The notes under the pieces are model-generated. The model saw only the letters and a list, made by a program, of their open reading frames with translations, searched no databases and had not been told where the DNA came from. Both the position numbers and the translations under genes were made by a program. A stretch of 63,038 nt of DNA, counting the filler, from Octopus bimaculoides (lineage: Eukaryota), in assembly GCF_001194135.2 (NCBI RefSeq). It is 8 parts of 8 records of this genome, joined end to end, with 100 filler letters (N's around TTAATTAATTAA, not from the genome) between each part and the next. Parts side by side here need not be neighbours in the genome. Positions count along the whole stretch, not along the records: positions 43,774 to 51,135 come from NC_068984.1; positions 51,236 to 53,300 come from NC_069003.1; positions 53,401 to 56,473 come from NC_069008.1; positions 56,574 to 63,038 come from NC_068990.1; 4 more parts are not named here. One strand, 5' to 3'. Positions 51,051 to 63,038 of this stretch are shown one piece after another (position 1 is the stretch's first letter; the number at the start of each line of letters is the position of its first letter).

Positions 51051-51082
<32 letters not shown>

Positions 51083-51087
51083 CTTTC

Positions 51088-51135
<48 letters not shown>

Positions 51136-51384
51136 NNNNNNNNNNNNNNNNNNNNNNNNNNNNNNNNNNNNNNNNNNNNTTAATTAATTAANNNNNNNNN
51201 NNNNNNNNNNNNNNNNNNNNNNNNNNNNNNNNNNNTATATATATATATATATTAAAGACATACATATAACTATACTTCAAGCTACATACCTTTACAACGA
51301 AAAACAGCAAACACTAATAAAGACGATTTCTCTCAGCTCGCTGCCTTATTAATAATAATAATGATTATTTCTTTTATTTGCCAC

Positions 51385-52049
51385 CAGGGTGAAGACGAAC
51401 TATGTGAAGTGCAGAATTGACAACACAACTGAGAGCGACACATGCTGGATGTATGGTGAGAGAAGTGAAACAGTATGGCACATTGTTGTTTGCGAAAGCC
51501 CGAAATTGGCACAACGCGAGTACAAAAGACATGACAATGTGACAAGAAATTATCCATTGGGAGCTCTGTGGAAATCACGGCCTACAAAGAGCAAAGACGT
51601 GGAATGAGCAAATCCTAGAAGGAATTACTGAGAGTAAAGACTGCAAAATCTTGTGGGATGCAATGATTCAGACATTGGAAACCTGACATTGTTGTGGTGT
51701 ACAGAAAAGACAAAGCGTGTTTTATAATTGACATAGGTTGTCCCGGTGACAACAGGATCGGAGAGAAAGAAGAAGAGGAAAATGACTGTCGGATGTGGGC
51801 AATCAAGAGAGTGGACGCGATAGCAATAGTAATTGGAGCGCTTGGAAATATCAGCACTCAACTACCAGCATGGATCAAAAAGACTGGTACAGATGTAAGG
51901 ATAGAACACCTACAAAAATCATCATTGCTTGGGACTGCAAGTTTTCCTCGGGGTTCTTGAAGCATGATCAGCAGACATTAGTCTGCTGGCTGTGGACAGC
52001 TGACACTTTCCACCATATCCACCAAAATAAGTTGAGTTTTCATCAGATG
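51385..52049 (+). mobile_element. R4/Dong/NeSL-like non-LTR retrotransposon (CCHC finger plus restriction-like endonuclease), 5'-truncated
   Basis: KTNYVKCRID...ETVWHIVVCESPKLAQREYKRHDNV...KILWD...KPDIVVV...CFIIDIGCPGD...IVIGALG...LQKSSLLGTA. PD-(D/E)xK-type core; (AAT)n on both sides. Confidence 0.85.
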
Positions 52050-52060
52050 ATAATAATAAC

Positions 52061-53101
52061 GGTTTCGAATTTTGGCACAAGGCCAGCAATTTCGGGGGTG
52101 GGGTAAGTCTGTGACAGGGCTCAACTGTCTCCAGGGCTCAACTGTCTCCAGGGCTCAACTGTCTCCAGGGTTCAACTGTCTCCAGGGCTCAACTGTCTCC
52201 AGTGCTCAACTGGTGCTTATTTCATCGATCCCGAAAGGATAAAAGGCAAGGTCGACCTCGGCGGAATTTGAACTCAGAATGTAAAAAGCTGAAAGAAATG
52301 CTGCTAAGCATTTAGTTCGACGCACTAACGATCCTGCTAGCTTGCCACCTTAATAATAATAATAATTCTTTCTACTATAGCCACATTCCCTGAAAACACT
52401 AATAATAGTAATAATGATAGGTTCAAGTTTTGAAACAATTTCGGAAGAGTTGGGAGGTGGATAGTCGATTACATCGACCCCGGTGCTCAACTGGTACTTA
52501 TTTTATCGACCCCGAAAGGATAAAAGACAAATTCAGCCTCAGTGGAATTTGAACTCAAAACGTAAAGACGCTCAAAATGATGCTAAGCATTTTGTCCGGC
52601 GTGCTGACGATTCTACCAGCTCACTGCGTTAATAGTAAAGACAACGGTTTCAAATTCTGGCACACGGCCAACAAGTTCGGAGGACGATTGACCTCAAGGT
52701 GATGAAGGGCAAAGTCGACCTCGGCGGAATTTGAAGTAACAAAGTAAAGGCCAACGAATTGCCGCTAAACATTTTGCTCGGCGTGCGAACGATCCTGCCA
52801 GCTCGCTTCCTTAATGATAATAACAACAAGAATAATAATAATAATAACAACAACAACAACAACAAAAACAATAATAAAAATAATAATAGTAATATTAATA
52901 CTCTCTACGACAGGCACAAGGCCTGGGATTTATGGAGAGGGGGATAGTCGATTAAATCAGCCTCGGTACTTCACTGGTACTTAATTTATCGACCCCGAAA
53001 AGATAAAAGGCAAAGTCGACCTCGGCGGAATTTGAACTCAGAACGCAAAGACGGATGAAATGCCGCTAGGCGTGCTAACGACTCCGCCAGCTCGCCGTCT
53101 T
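52061..53101 (-). mobile_element. Head-to-tail array of four SINE family B copies (about 52061-52351, 52420-52630, 52646-52812, 52901-53101) separated by AAT-rich spacers
   Basis: Same A and B boxes and core as above; all copies on the minus strand. Confidence 0.9.
52116..52212. repeat. 17-bp minisatellite, 5 copies plus a partial, inside a SINE
   Basis: Unit AGGGCTCAACTGTCTCC; copy 4 has one substitution. Confidence 0.95.
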
Positions 53102-53103
53102 CG

Positions 53104-53134
<31 letters not shown>

Positions 53135-53155
53135 AGTAATAATAATAACAACAAC

Positions 53156-53227
<72 letters not shown>

Positions 53228-53400
53228 AATTTCATATTTAATGATCATGCTTGTATGTTGGCCATGTATATGTGGTGAGCCAATCTCCAGTTTAGGGTCC
53301 NNNNNNNNNNNNNNNNNNNNNNNNNNNNNNNNNNNNNNNNNNNNTTAATTAATTAANNNNNNNNNNNNNNNNNNNNNNNNNNNNNNNNNNNNNNNNNNNN

Positions 53401-54014
<614 letters not shown>

Positions 54015-54153
54015 AGGAGGAAAAAATTAACAATAACACGAACATCCAAACATTGGTAACAACAACAACAGCAATAGTCCCATAAACCCCATGCCCACCA
54101 CCCCCAACAAATGGATTGCAACGCATAGTTCGATAATATCATGACACACCGAC

Positions 54154-54481
54154 CTCTGTTACGTTGACATCTCTGTCCAGATCCTCCATGGAGTTTTGGA
54201 AAGCTGACAGAATACCACGTTTGATGTTAAGGACCCATGTTGGTTCCTCTGACATCGGACAAACTTCTTCGATCTTGCCATCCTGGAACGAGAACCTCAA
54301 GGGCNNNNNNNNNNATACCACGTTTGATGTTAAGGACCCATGTTGGTTCCTCTGACATCGGACAAACTTCTTCGATCTTGCCATCCTGGAACGAGAACCT
54401 CAAGGGCTGCTTCATGAGGGCGTCGGTGAACTGTTGACTTCCAGGAGAATAGTCCATGTTGGTGATCCGGACATTATTGAG
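54154..54481 (-). CDS. Next exon of the same apolipophorin/vitellogenin-like gene, phase 0 to 0 (true length 225 nt once the duplicated 93 bp and 10 N are removed)
   Basis: Acceptor ttttatccaacag and donor GAG|gtcggt. Translates LNNVRITNMDYSPGSQQFTDALMKQPLRFSFQDGKIEEVCPMSEEPTWVLNIKRGILSAFQNSMEDLDRDVNVTE, containing the LRFSFxDG...W.LNIKRGILS..Q signature of LLTPs. In phase with the exon at 55551-55711. Confidence 0.92.
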
Positions 54482-54540
54482 CTGTTGGATAAAAATTAAA
54501 AATTGAAAATATAAGAAACCACATTTTTCTTGTAAGCATA

Positions 54541-54642
54541 AGCTCAGGCATGGCTGTGTAGGTAAGAAGATCGCTTTCCAATAATAACGACTTGGTTTTG
54601 GGTTCAGTCCCACTGCACAGCACCTTGGGCAAGTGTCTTCTA
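54541..54642 (+). mobile_element. SINE family A head fragment
   Basis: GGCATGGCTGTGTAGGTAAG...GGTTCAGTCCCACTGC...CCTTGGGCAAGTGTCTTCTA. Confidence 0.8.
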
Positions 54643-54662
54643 NNNNNNNNNNNNNNNNNNNN

Positions 54663-54693
<31 letters not shown>

Positions 54694-54727
54694 TACTCCT
54701 TATGCTGAGTTTGACCACCTCCTGTAC

Positions 54728-55145
54728 CTACAACTTAGAACCATCATGATATCTGATGTGACTTTTTAAACCAGACAATGTTTTGAAAAGATACCCGCAT
54801 ATATTACATGTCCGATTTGAACCACGAAGAGCTGCAGTTAAGTTCTGATCTTTGTGGATCTTAAAATGTTTTGAGGCCTCCGTTAGATTTACATTGAAAG
54901 GTGTGCACAGACATATAGCTAGAGTAGTTGGTGGAAGTTCGTTTTTCATGGGTTTGCAAATGAGAGTTGAGCCTAGCAAAAGAAAGGCATGGTCTGTCAC
55001 AAACTGCGCACACAAAAAGTTTATAGTGAATCACCTTATTTGTAACACTCTTCTATAAATCTCTCTTGAGTCTTACATGCGTTATCATGGCCTCTTCAAA
55101 CGCTTTCACTGCAGACGCAAGGACATCTCTGTTTGGAGTAAAAGA
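54728..55145 (-). mobile_element. RTE LINE 3' end with C2H2 finger, in the LLTP intron
   Basis: SAVKAFEEAMITHVRLKR and CNICGYLFKTLSGLKSHIRYH. A single terminal C2H2 finger preceded by decayed frames fits a LINE rather than a zinc-finger gene. Confidence 0.6.
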
Positions 55146-55164
55146 ACACCATTTAATGTTTTAT

Positions 55165-55508
55165 AATGTGATAAAGGCACTGGATTTTGTGGGGAGGGGG
55201 ACAGTCGATCACACGACCCCAGTACTCCACTGGTACTTAATTTATCGACCCCTAAAAGATGAAAAGCAAAGTTGACCTCGGCGGAATTTGAGGTCGAAAT
55301 TGCCTTCTACTATAGGAACACAGCTTAAAATTACGGGGGAGGAGTAAGTTGATTACATCGACCCCAGTACTTGACTGGTCCTTATTTTGTTGACCCCGAA
55401 ATGGTGAAATGTAAAGTTGACCTCGACGGAATTTGAACTCAGAATGTAAAGACGGACGAAATGGTGCGAAGCATTTTGCCCTGGTGTGCTAACGATTCTG
55501 CCAGCTCT
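55165..55508 (-). mobile_element. Two tandem SINE family B copies in the LLTP intron
   Basis: Core GACCTCG(G/A)CGGAATTTGA occurs twice. The second copy ends about 40 bp from the exon donor. Confidence 0.85.
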
Positions 55509-55550
55509 CTACTTCAACAATAAGAATAATAATAAGAAAAAGCGTTTTAC

Positions 55551-55711
55551 CATCATGACCATGTCACATTTTGTCACAGGTTCAAATACGACTCTGGCAT
55601 TCAACGATAAGCTGGCTCCATCATGGGACGCTCCATTCATCTTCGTCGTGGTCTGTGCATTGTAATCATATTCATAGGAAGAACCAACTTCATAATTGAA
55701 TTTTCGAGTTC
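55551..55711 (-). CDS. Exon of a large lipid transfer protein (apolipophorin/vitellogenin LPD_N domain), phase 1 to 0
   Basis: Acceptor tttttacag and donor ATG|gtaaaa. Translates (G)TRKFNYEVGSSYEYDYNAQTTTKMNGASHDGASLSLNARVVFEPVTKCDMVMM, matching the KFxYxxGxxYxYxY start of the LLTP beta-barrel. 161 nt = 2+159. Confidence 0.9.
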
Positions 55712-55919
55712 CTGTAAAAACATAAATGCATGATATACTTTTATACATGTACATACGTATGTATATCTATATCTATCTAAGTTAGCAAGCTAACTTTCTC
55801 TGTCCCTATTCTTTCTCCATCGCTTTCTCCCCCTCCCTCTCTATACACACACACGCACACACACATATATATTTATATATACATATATATACGTACACAC
55901 ACATATACATATATACAAT

Positions 55920-55988
55920 GGGTTTCTTTCAGTTTCCGTCTACTAAATCCACTCACAAGGCTTTGGTTGGCCCGAGGCTATAGTAGAA
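55920..55988 (-). mobile_element. SINE family A central fragment
   Basis: Near-perfect reverse complement of 56244-56312. Confidence 0.85.
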
Positions 55989-56158
55989 CTCTGTACTGTG
56001 TGGTTGGAAGGCAAACTTAGTTGTAATTCCAACAAGAATTTTTTAATTGTTTTTAAAACTTTAAGTCTATATAAAAGCCTGCTGTTTTTCATTTTTTCTT
56101 CTCTGACAGCTTTTCCCTGCAAAAGAAAAATCTCACAACAACATCTATCTATCTATCT

Positions 56159-56473
56159 AGGAGTGGCTGTGTGGTAAGTAGCTTGCTTACCAACCACATG
56201 GTCCCGGGTTCAGTCCCACTGCGTGGCATCTTGGGCAAGTGTCTTCTACTATAGCCTCGGGCCGACCAAAGCCTTGTGAGTGGATTTGGTAGACGGAAAC
56301 TGAAAGAAGCCTGTCGTATATATGTATATATATATATATGTATGTGTGTATGTGTTTGTATGTCTGTGTTTGTCCCCCCAACATTGTTTGACAACCGATG
56401 CTGGTGTGTTTATGTCCCCGTAACTTAGCGGTTCGGCAAAAGAGACCGATAGAATAAGTACTAGGCTTCCAAA
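56159..56473 (+). mobile_element. tRNA-head SINE family A
   Basis: A-box-like TGGCTGTGTGG, B box GGTTCAGTCCC, central CTTGGGCAAG block, internal TA/TG microsatellite and conserved tail. Cut by a linker. Confidence 0.9.
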
Positions 56474-56905
56474 NNNNNNNNNNNNNNNNNNNNNNNNNNN
56501 NNNNNNNNNNNNNNNNNTTAATTAATTAANNNNNNNNNNNNNNNNNNNNNNNNNNNNNNNNNNNNNNNNNNNNTATATATATATATATATATGTATGTAT
56601 ATATATATATCTTTTCACACATGAGACTGTTGATGTGAAGAGGGTGACATGTATTTATTTTTATGACCATTGTTTTTTTTACTTGAGAGAAGTGTGACTT
56701 TATATATATCCACACATATGTACATACAATTGTACATACGTACATACAGTTGTATATGCATGCATGTATGTTTATATATAGATATACATACACACACAAA
56801 CGCATATATATATAAATACAAATATAAACATATATGTATATATGTATATATAAATATATACATATATACATATTATACATATATATATATATTATATATA
56901 AAAAC

Positions 56906-56939
<34 letters not shown>

Positions 56940-57330
56940 ATGTATTTACGTATCTATGTGTATTTACGTATGTATGTATGTTTGATTATAAATGTGTGTT
57001 GATCATGAGCAATATGAATGATTGTCACTCATCATTGATTTAGACTCATTACTAAATATTTAAGGCAAATTCATTTATTTATCTTTTTACTTTTAACATT
57101 CCATTATTATTATTATCATTGTTATTATTTCTCCTTACCTATGTGATAAACAATTATGTGATAAATAAGAACTTGATAAACCGCTAAAAAGAAAAATGAA
57201 GGAAAGAAAAAAATATTAAATTGAAAAAAAGACTGCAAAATCATTAAAAAATATTTAAAAGAAAATATTTTTACAGTTATTTCTGAATATATTTAAAAAC
57301 GAGAAATGAATCCACTTCAGATGCACTCAT

Positions 57331-57382
<52 letters not shown>

Positions 57383-57418
57383 NNNNNNNNNNNNNNNNNN
57401 NNNNNCAGATGCACTCAT

Positions 57419-57461
<43 letters not shown>

Positions 57462-57602
57462 TACATACATGCATACACAAGCATATATTTACATGCACAC
57501 ACATATGTGTGTGTGTACGTATCATCCATACGTTTATACGAATGTATAGACATGTACAATATACACACGTACAGACGTGCACATATATATATATACATAT
57601 AT

Positions 57603-57639
<37 letters not shown>

Positions 57640-57649
57640 NNNNNNNNNN

Positions 57650-57688
<39 letters not shown>

Positions 57689-59063
57689 TACACACACACC
57701 ACACACACATATATTTGTATATACACATGTTCGTATCTGCGTATTAAGAAATACATGAAGCAATTTCATTTCACATATACATATGTTTATTTCTATAATA
57801 TAAAAACAATGCCTTCATACATAGACAAACTACTCATAATACACACACACACATATATATATACATATAGGCATACATATGCAAATATGCAAATATATAT
57901 ACATATATGTATTATATGTATATATATATTTGTGTATGTGTGCGTGTGTGTGTGTGAGAGTGTGAGTGTGTGTCTTGTTTATGTGTATATAAATGTCCGT
58001 GAATAGATTAATGATAGACAATGGGATGAGCTACATTTTAAATTTAAAATCACAACAATTGTTTCGGCACAATTTTGTATTGTTGAAGTGTTGTGTAATC
58101 ATTGTCATTCATCCAAGGCGTGAATGAGGGTCCTTTTAAATAAAGCCTGATTCGAAAGTAGGAGGCAACCAGCTGTTTTGTCACGAAAGACAGAGGTTAG
58201 AACTTCGATCAGTTTTCTGCAATGTTTTATCCCGAATCTTATTTGACCTTACGTTTGAATATATATATGTATATATAACATATAGTAATTTTTATCCGAC
58301 ACGCTAACGATTTTGCTAATCCACTACTCTAAATCGTTTCCATTATAGGAACAACGATCTGAAATTTAAAGTTAGTGGTTTACATAAACGCTTGTACATG
58401 ACCAGTAAATTCTCTTACCAACTTCGGAAAGTTGAATAGCGAAGTAAAATTCGGAGAGTTTTAAGCACTGAACATAATGAACGTGCCACATCATATACTG
58501 CTCAATGTTTTCTCCGCTGCAAAGTGCCCAGAATTTGGGCAGTTGAAATACAAAAGAAATTAAGAAATAAGAATCTCTAGTAGACTTACGTTAATTCAAG
58601 GAATGGGATCAACGAAACAAATTGCATTCCTTTGTTTGTACTTCTATATAATTTTTGAACATATTANNNNNNNNNNNNNNNNNNNNNNNNNNNNNNNNNN
58701 NNNNNNNNNNNNNNNNNNNNNNNNNNNNNNNNNNNNNNNNNNNNNNNNNNNNNNNNNNNNNNNNNNNNNNNNNNNNNNNNNNNNNNNNNNNNNNNNNNNN
58801 NNNNNNNNNNNNNNNNNNNNNNNNNNNNNNNNNNNNNNNNNNNNNNNNNNNNNNNNNNNNNNNNNNNNNNNNNNNNNNNNNNNNNNNNNNNNNNNNNNNN
58901 NNNNNNNNNNNNNNNNNNNNNNNACTGAATTTCTTTTTCTTGGGAAGAACACTAAAATTTGTGCTTCATTTTTATACACTTATATCCCATATTTAAGTTA
59001 GAATAGAACCACTCTACACATACAACTGTATATACACATGATATATTTACATATGTGTAGACG

Positions 59064-59103
<40 letters not shown>

Positions 59104-59719
59104 GTACATACATATATACATATATGTGTGTGTGTCCGTGTGTGTCCGTGTGTGCGTGCGTGTGTGTCTGTGTGTATAAGATAATCAGCCAAGAAACATT
59201 GATAATTTAATTTGGATATATATATATATATATATAATACTTAATGTGTAAGTCACTCTTTAAATTGGCAAGTAACTAACTGAATGGACATCACAATACT
59301 ACTGTTATAAAACGGAGAAAAGTTTTTAAAAAAAATTATAAGGCACGAATTTTGGGTGTGTGTACGTTGCTGCATATCGACAATGAAATTCCCCGTGATA
59401 GTAATATTGAAAATTCGTTCTATCACTGTAATCTTACAGACAGGAAAACCTGTAAAATAACCTCGAACACGTTTAACTCTGATCAGCATGTACCCATTAA
59501 GTTATAAATTATAGTACCCCACCTTATCAATCATTTCCGTACATAAATACGAATGATGTTACAGTTGAGACCAAGACTATTAACAATAACCTTGTTTCAA
59601 ATTTAAAGGAAATTTTGGGTGGATTTACTTAACACTAAAAATATATAATCAATGAATCTTGCGTTTAATAATCTTGAATCATTGTCTTTATAAAGAAAGG
59701 TAATTCAAAATCAATGATG

Positions 59720-60065
59720 TCATTAATGGATTCCATCGAGGTCGATAAAGTAAGTACCAGCCAAGCCCTGGACTCGATGTAATCGACTATGCATCGCCCT
59801 GCAAACTTCAGTCCTTGTGCCGGCTTATAAAAAGAATTGATAAATATTATTATGATTATGGCAAAGCAGTGGATTGGCAGAATTGTTAGTGTCGATCAAA
59901 AGATTTTGCTTTATTTGCTCCGGCTGTTTACGTTCAGATCTTTATGTGGTCAATATTGCGTTTCATCCCTCTGTAGGCAATAAAATAAGTACCAGTTAAG
60001 TAACGATAAATTTAATTGACTAACCTATCTCATCAAATTTATGACTTTATACTTCTGTTAGGAAT
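59720..60065 (+). mobile_element. Two degenerate SINE family B copies
   Basis: GGTCGATAAAGTAAGTACCAG, then GGCAAAGCAGTGGATTGGCAGAA...TTTCATCCCTCTG...AAGTACCAG. Confidence 0.6.
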
Positions 60066-61134
60066 TATAATTATCATTATTTACAGATAATTATTATTAT
60101 TAACATTCTTATTATCTTTATCGTCATCATCACCATTCCGAATATTTAAACAATAATCCATGTTGGCGGGTGTAACTGAAACTCGGTGAAGTAGCAAAGT
60201 TATTGGAGTAGTTGATCAGAAATTATGAGATGTGTCTGCACTGTGTAACACTCTTTTGCCAGTTGATCCGTTCTCTATTCCCACAGTGAGCAGCTCAACT
60301 GGCAATATGACTGTCACCTTGCTATAATGCCAGCGTTCTATCACGAGACAGACTTCTCCTTCGCACACTTCAGTTGAAACAGGCCTTAAATGTTATCCAG
60401 TTGGGGTTCAAATGGAATCATTTTATAGAATGAAGCTAAATTAAAAAAAAACACATCTTATTGCTTCTTATGATATTTTTCTCTATTTATTCGGGAAAGA
60501 GAGAGAAAGAGCGATAGAGGCACCAGAGATAGAAAAAGAGAAGGGAGCACTTAGGGAGAGATAAAAAAAAAAGCAGAAAGGGGTTGATCGATAAAAATAA
60601 AGTATCAATCAAGTACTGACTATCGATTTAATTTCAACACTTTCCACCCCATATATAATAGTTTCCACCGCATATCTTCATCATCATCGTCATTATTATT
60701 ATGAAATGAATTAATTGTCTATAATGTTATGCTTAATTATCTATAATATTATTCTGCTTCGCACGGCGCTGTAGTGATCGCGATTTATGTTTAAATAAAG
60801 TTAACTCTAGAACAAAATCAGAACCGTAGCCTAAATGTTTAAAATAACGACGCTGTTTTATGAAGATTTATAAATTTACGCATCAAAATACGAATAAGAT
60901 CATTAACAAAACGTGAAATTTCAACGGATCCCGTTACTAATTATAATGTTTAATTTAATTATAATAATGACTTTTAATTACTAATGGTGGTGCCTATATT
61001 AAGTTAAAGTCGAGAACACCGCAATTTAACGTGCTCAATCGCTCAATCACTAATGAGTCTCGGCCTTCTCTTTTTCACTCTCTTACTCCCCTTCTCTCAC
61101 TCTGACTGTCTGTCTGTCACTTTTTCTCTTTCTC

Positions 61135-61378
61135 CTACCTTATGATCATCACTTATAGTTGATGTCATTTAGACTGAAACCAGCCCGGAGAAAAGAGCTA
61201 TGAACAAAAGCATTCCATCCGTGATCACTACGCCTTGCATTTAGTGGATATATCTAAGACTACCATTACCCAACATGTCCTTAATTATTTAACACGGTTT
61301 GATTTAATCTGAAGAGTTTGACTGCTATTTCTATTTGATCGACTGACCACATAGAGACTTCCTCGTTAGCTCGCCGCT
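61135..61378. repeat. Unclassified interspersed repeat family
   Basis: Block GCTATTTCTA...G(A/C)CCACATAGAG recurs at about 9530-9570, 41825-41890 (inverted), 50540-50595 and 62405-62455. Confidence 0.55.
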
Positions 61379-61560
61379 CCGATACATTTTGATCAGTGAT
61401 GTTCATGCGTTATACGAAGCTTCGGACTAGACGCATTCTAAGATCTGATCCATCATGAATAATTCAGCCTCGTCATCTTACCTGCGATTCTATGTTAAAT
61501 ACGGAACCAAAATTCTTGATTTCCCTATAAGTAACAGACAAACAAACAAATAAAAGAAAT

Positions 61561-61633
<73 letters not shown>

Positions 61634-61682
61634 TAATAATAATAATGATAATAATAATAATTATTATTATTATAATTATTAT

Positions 61683-61825
61683 TTCTAATTTTGGTGCAAT
61701 GACAGAAATTTGAGGGAAGGAATAAGTCGATCACATCGACTCTAGTAATCGACTGATACTTTATTTTATCGACCGCAAACGGTAAAAGTAAAGTTGACCT
61801 TGGCGGTGTTTGAACTCAAAGTCTG
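61683..61825 (-). mobile_element. SINE family B fragment
   Basis: TAAAGTTGACCTTGGCGGTGTTTGAACTC core, next to (AAT)n. Confidence 0.7.
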
Positions 61826-62479
61826 GTGGTGGGGGACGGTGGTAGGGAGATGAAACCAGCGGAAGCATCAGCAATAACCGAATATAACGATGATTATGGT
61901 GGTGACAATTACGGTGATGACGGTGGTGGTGTGATGCTGATGCTGATGATGATGACGATGTTGATGATCAAGATAATGATGATGATGATGATGACGATGA
62001 TGATGGTGGCGATAATACGGAAGATAATGATAAGGAGGAAGAGTAGAAGGTAGAGCACATTGAAAGTAGAGATCATACGTCATTGTACTACCTGTGTTGT
62101 TGTTGTTGTTGTTGTTGCTGTGGTGGTGGTGGTGGTGGTGATTGCTCTAATTAACCATTACAAAACAAAAAACAAAAACATAAAAGAAAGAAAATGTACA
62201 GTTGCAACAATAAGGGTGTCGAAGGTGATGATACAGAGATAGATCTGATGATTGTTTTAGTTGTTGTCTGTGCGTCGAGTGTTTATCATTCTATCAGCGT
62301 TTCAACCGTGACCGCCATGTCTTCTTATCTCACATTCTTCAATATTTGTTTTTCCAAGATATGTAATCATTTTTTAAATACGGGTAGGTTAACATTTGAG
62401 GAAGATTAGACTGCTAATTTCTGCAGGTCGAGCTACTGCATACAGGCCTCGTCACTAATAAGGGTCATTTTGGTGCTAA

Positions 62480-62642
62480 ACCTATTTCGTTTGTCTTTAC
62501 GTTCTGATTTCAAATGCCGCCGAGGTCGACTTAGCCTTTCATCCTTTCGGGTTAATTAATTAAGTACCAGTTGCGTACTGGGGTCGATCTAATCGACTGG
62601 CCCCCTTCCCAAAAATTTCGGGCCTTGTACCTAGAGTAAGAA
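62480..62642 (+). mobile_element. SINE family B lacking its 5' end
   Basis: CCGAGGTCGACTTAGCCTTTCATCCTTTCGGG...GGGCCTTGTACCTAGAGTAAG. Confidence 0.8.
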
Positions 62643-62978
62643 AAAAAAAAAAAGATAATGGTTGTGCTGAAGGTAATGGTGGTGGCGATGGGTATTAGTG
62701 GTGGCAATCGCGATGTTAGTGTTGTTGTGGCTCTTGTTGTTGATTGTGGTAATTTTATAGAAGGTACCTGTCCTGGTTATGATAGAGATAATAGTTCTTG
62801 CTATTATTTAGCCCTAGGTCAACGCTGCTCTCGTAATCTTAAAAGCCATTGAAACCCCAAAAATTTGCAGACTTTTTAGTTAAGTCTGTATATACGACGC
62901 CATTAGCATTTATTTAAGTCTGTGTGTGTGTGTGCGTGTATATATATATATGTGTGTGTGTGTGTATGTGTTATACAT

Positions 62979-63038
<60 letters not shown>

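Noticed and set aside
52116-52212. 17-bp repeats as a CRISPR array
   Set aside because: The units are directly tandem with no spacers, lie inside a SINE, and the DNA is eukaryotic.
54728-55015. C2H2 zinc-finger gene
   Set aside because: A single finger at the end of decayed RTE-like frames inside an intron fits a LINE 3' end.
58419-58520. Minus-strand phase-1 exon candidate ending at gtaaga
   Set aside because: The peptide is unrecognisable and lies across a linker from the LLTP exons.
59340-59450. Minus-strand ORF GFPVCKITVIERIF... as the upstream LLTP exon
   Set aside because: The acceptor is plausible, but there is no recognisable motif, the donor is weak and it lies across a linker from the gene.

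Overview
AT-rich eukaryotic DNA saturated with microsatellites. It most likely comes from an octopus or another coleoid cephalopod; this is inferred from the SINE, LINE and MITE make-up, not from a database match. Seven identical 100-bp spacers (44 N + TTAATTAATTAA + 44 N) cut the window into eight pieces that are probably unrelated small scaffolds, so adjacency across them is not evidence. Almost all ORFs in the supplied track are microsatellite or gap artefacts. The one well-supported host gene is a two-exon fragment of a large lipid transfer protein (apolipophorin/vitellogenin N-terminal domain) on the minus strand at 54.2-55.7 kb. Its second exon carries a 93-bp duplication across a 10-N gap that is almost certainly an assembly error. 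A phase-consistent chain of small plus-strand exons at 38.4-41.1 kb may be an unannotated gene. The rest is mobile-element debris: mariner and maT-like transposons, CR1, RTE, Penelope GIY-YIG, R4/Dong-like REL LINEs, at least four tRNA-head SINE families and TTAA MITEs. I found no convincing new biological system. The most interesting signals are REL LINE fragments sitting in (TAA)n runs inside head-to-tail SINE arrays, a mariner built from two left ends, a SINE head joined to an RTE tail, inverted repeats that could be ADAR substrates, and several promoter, CTCF and RFX-like motifs.
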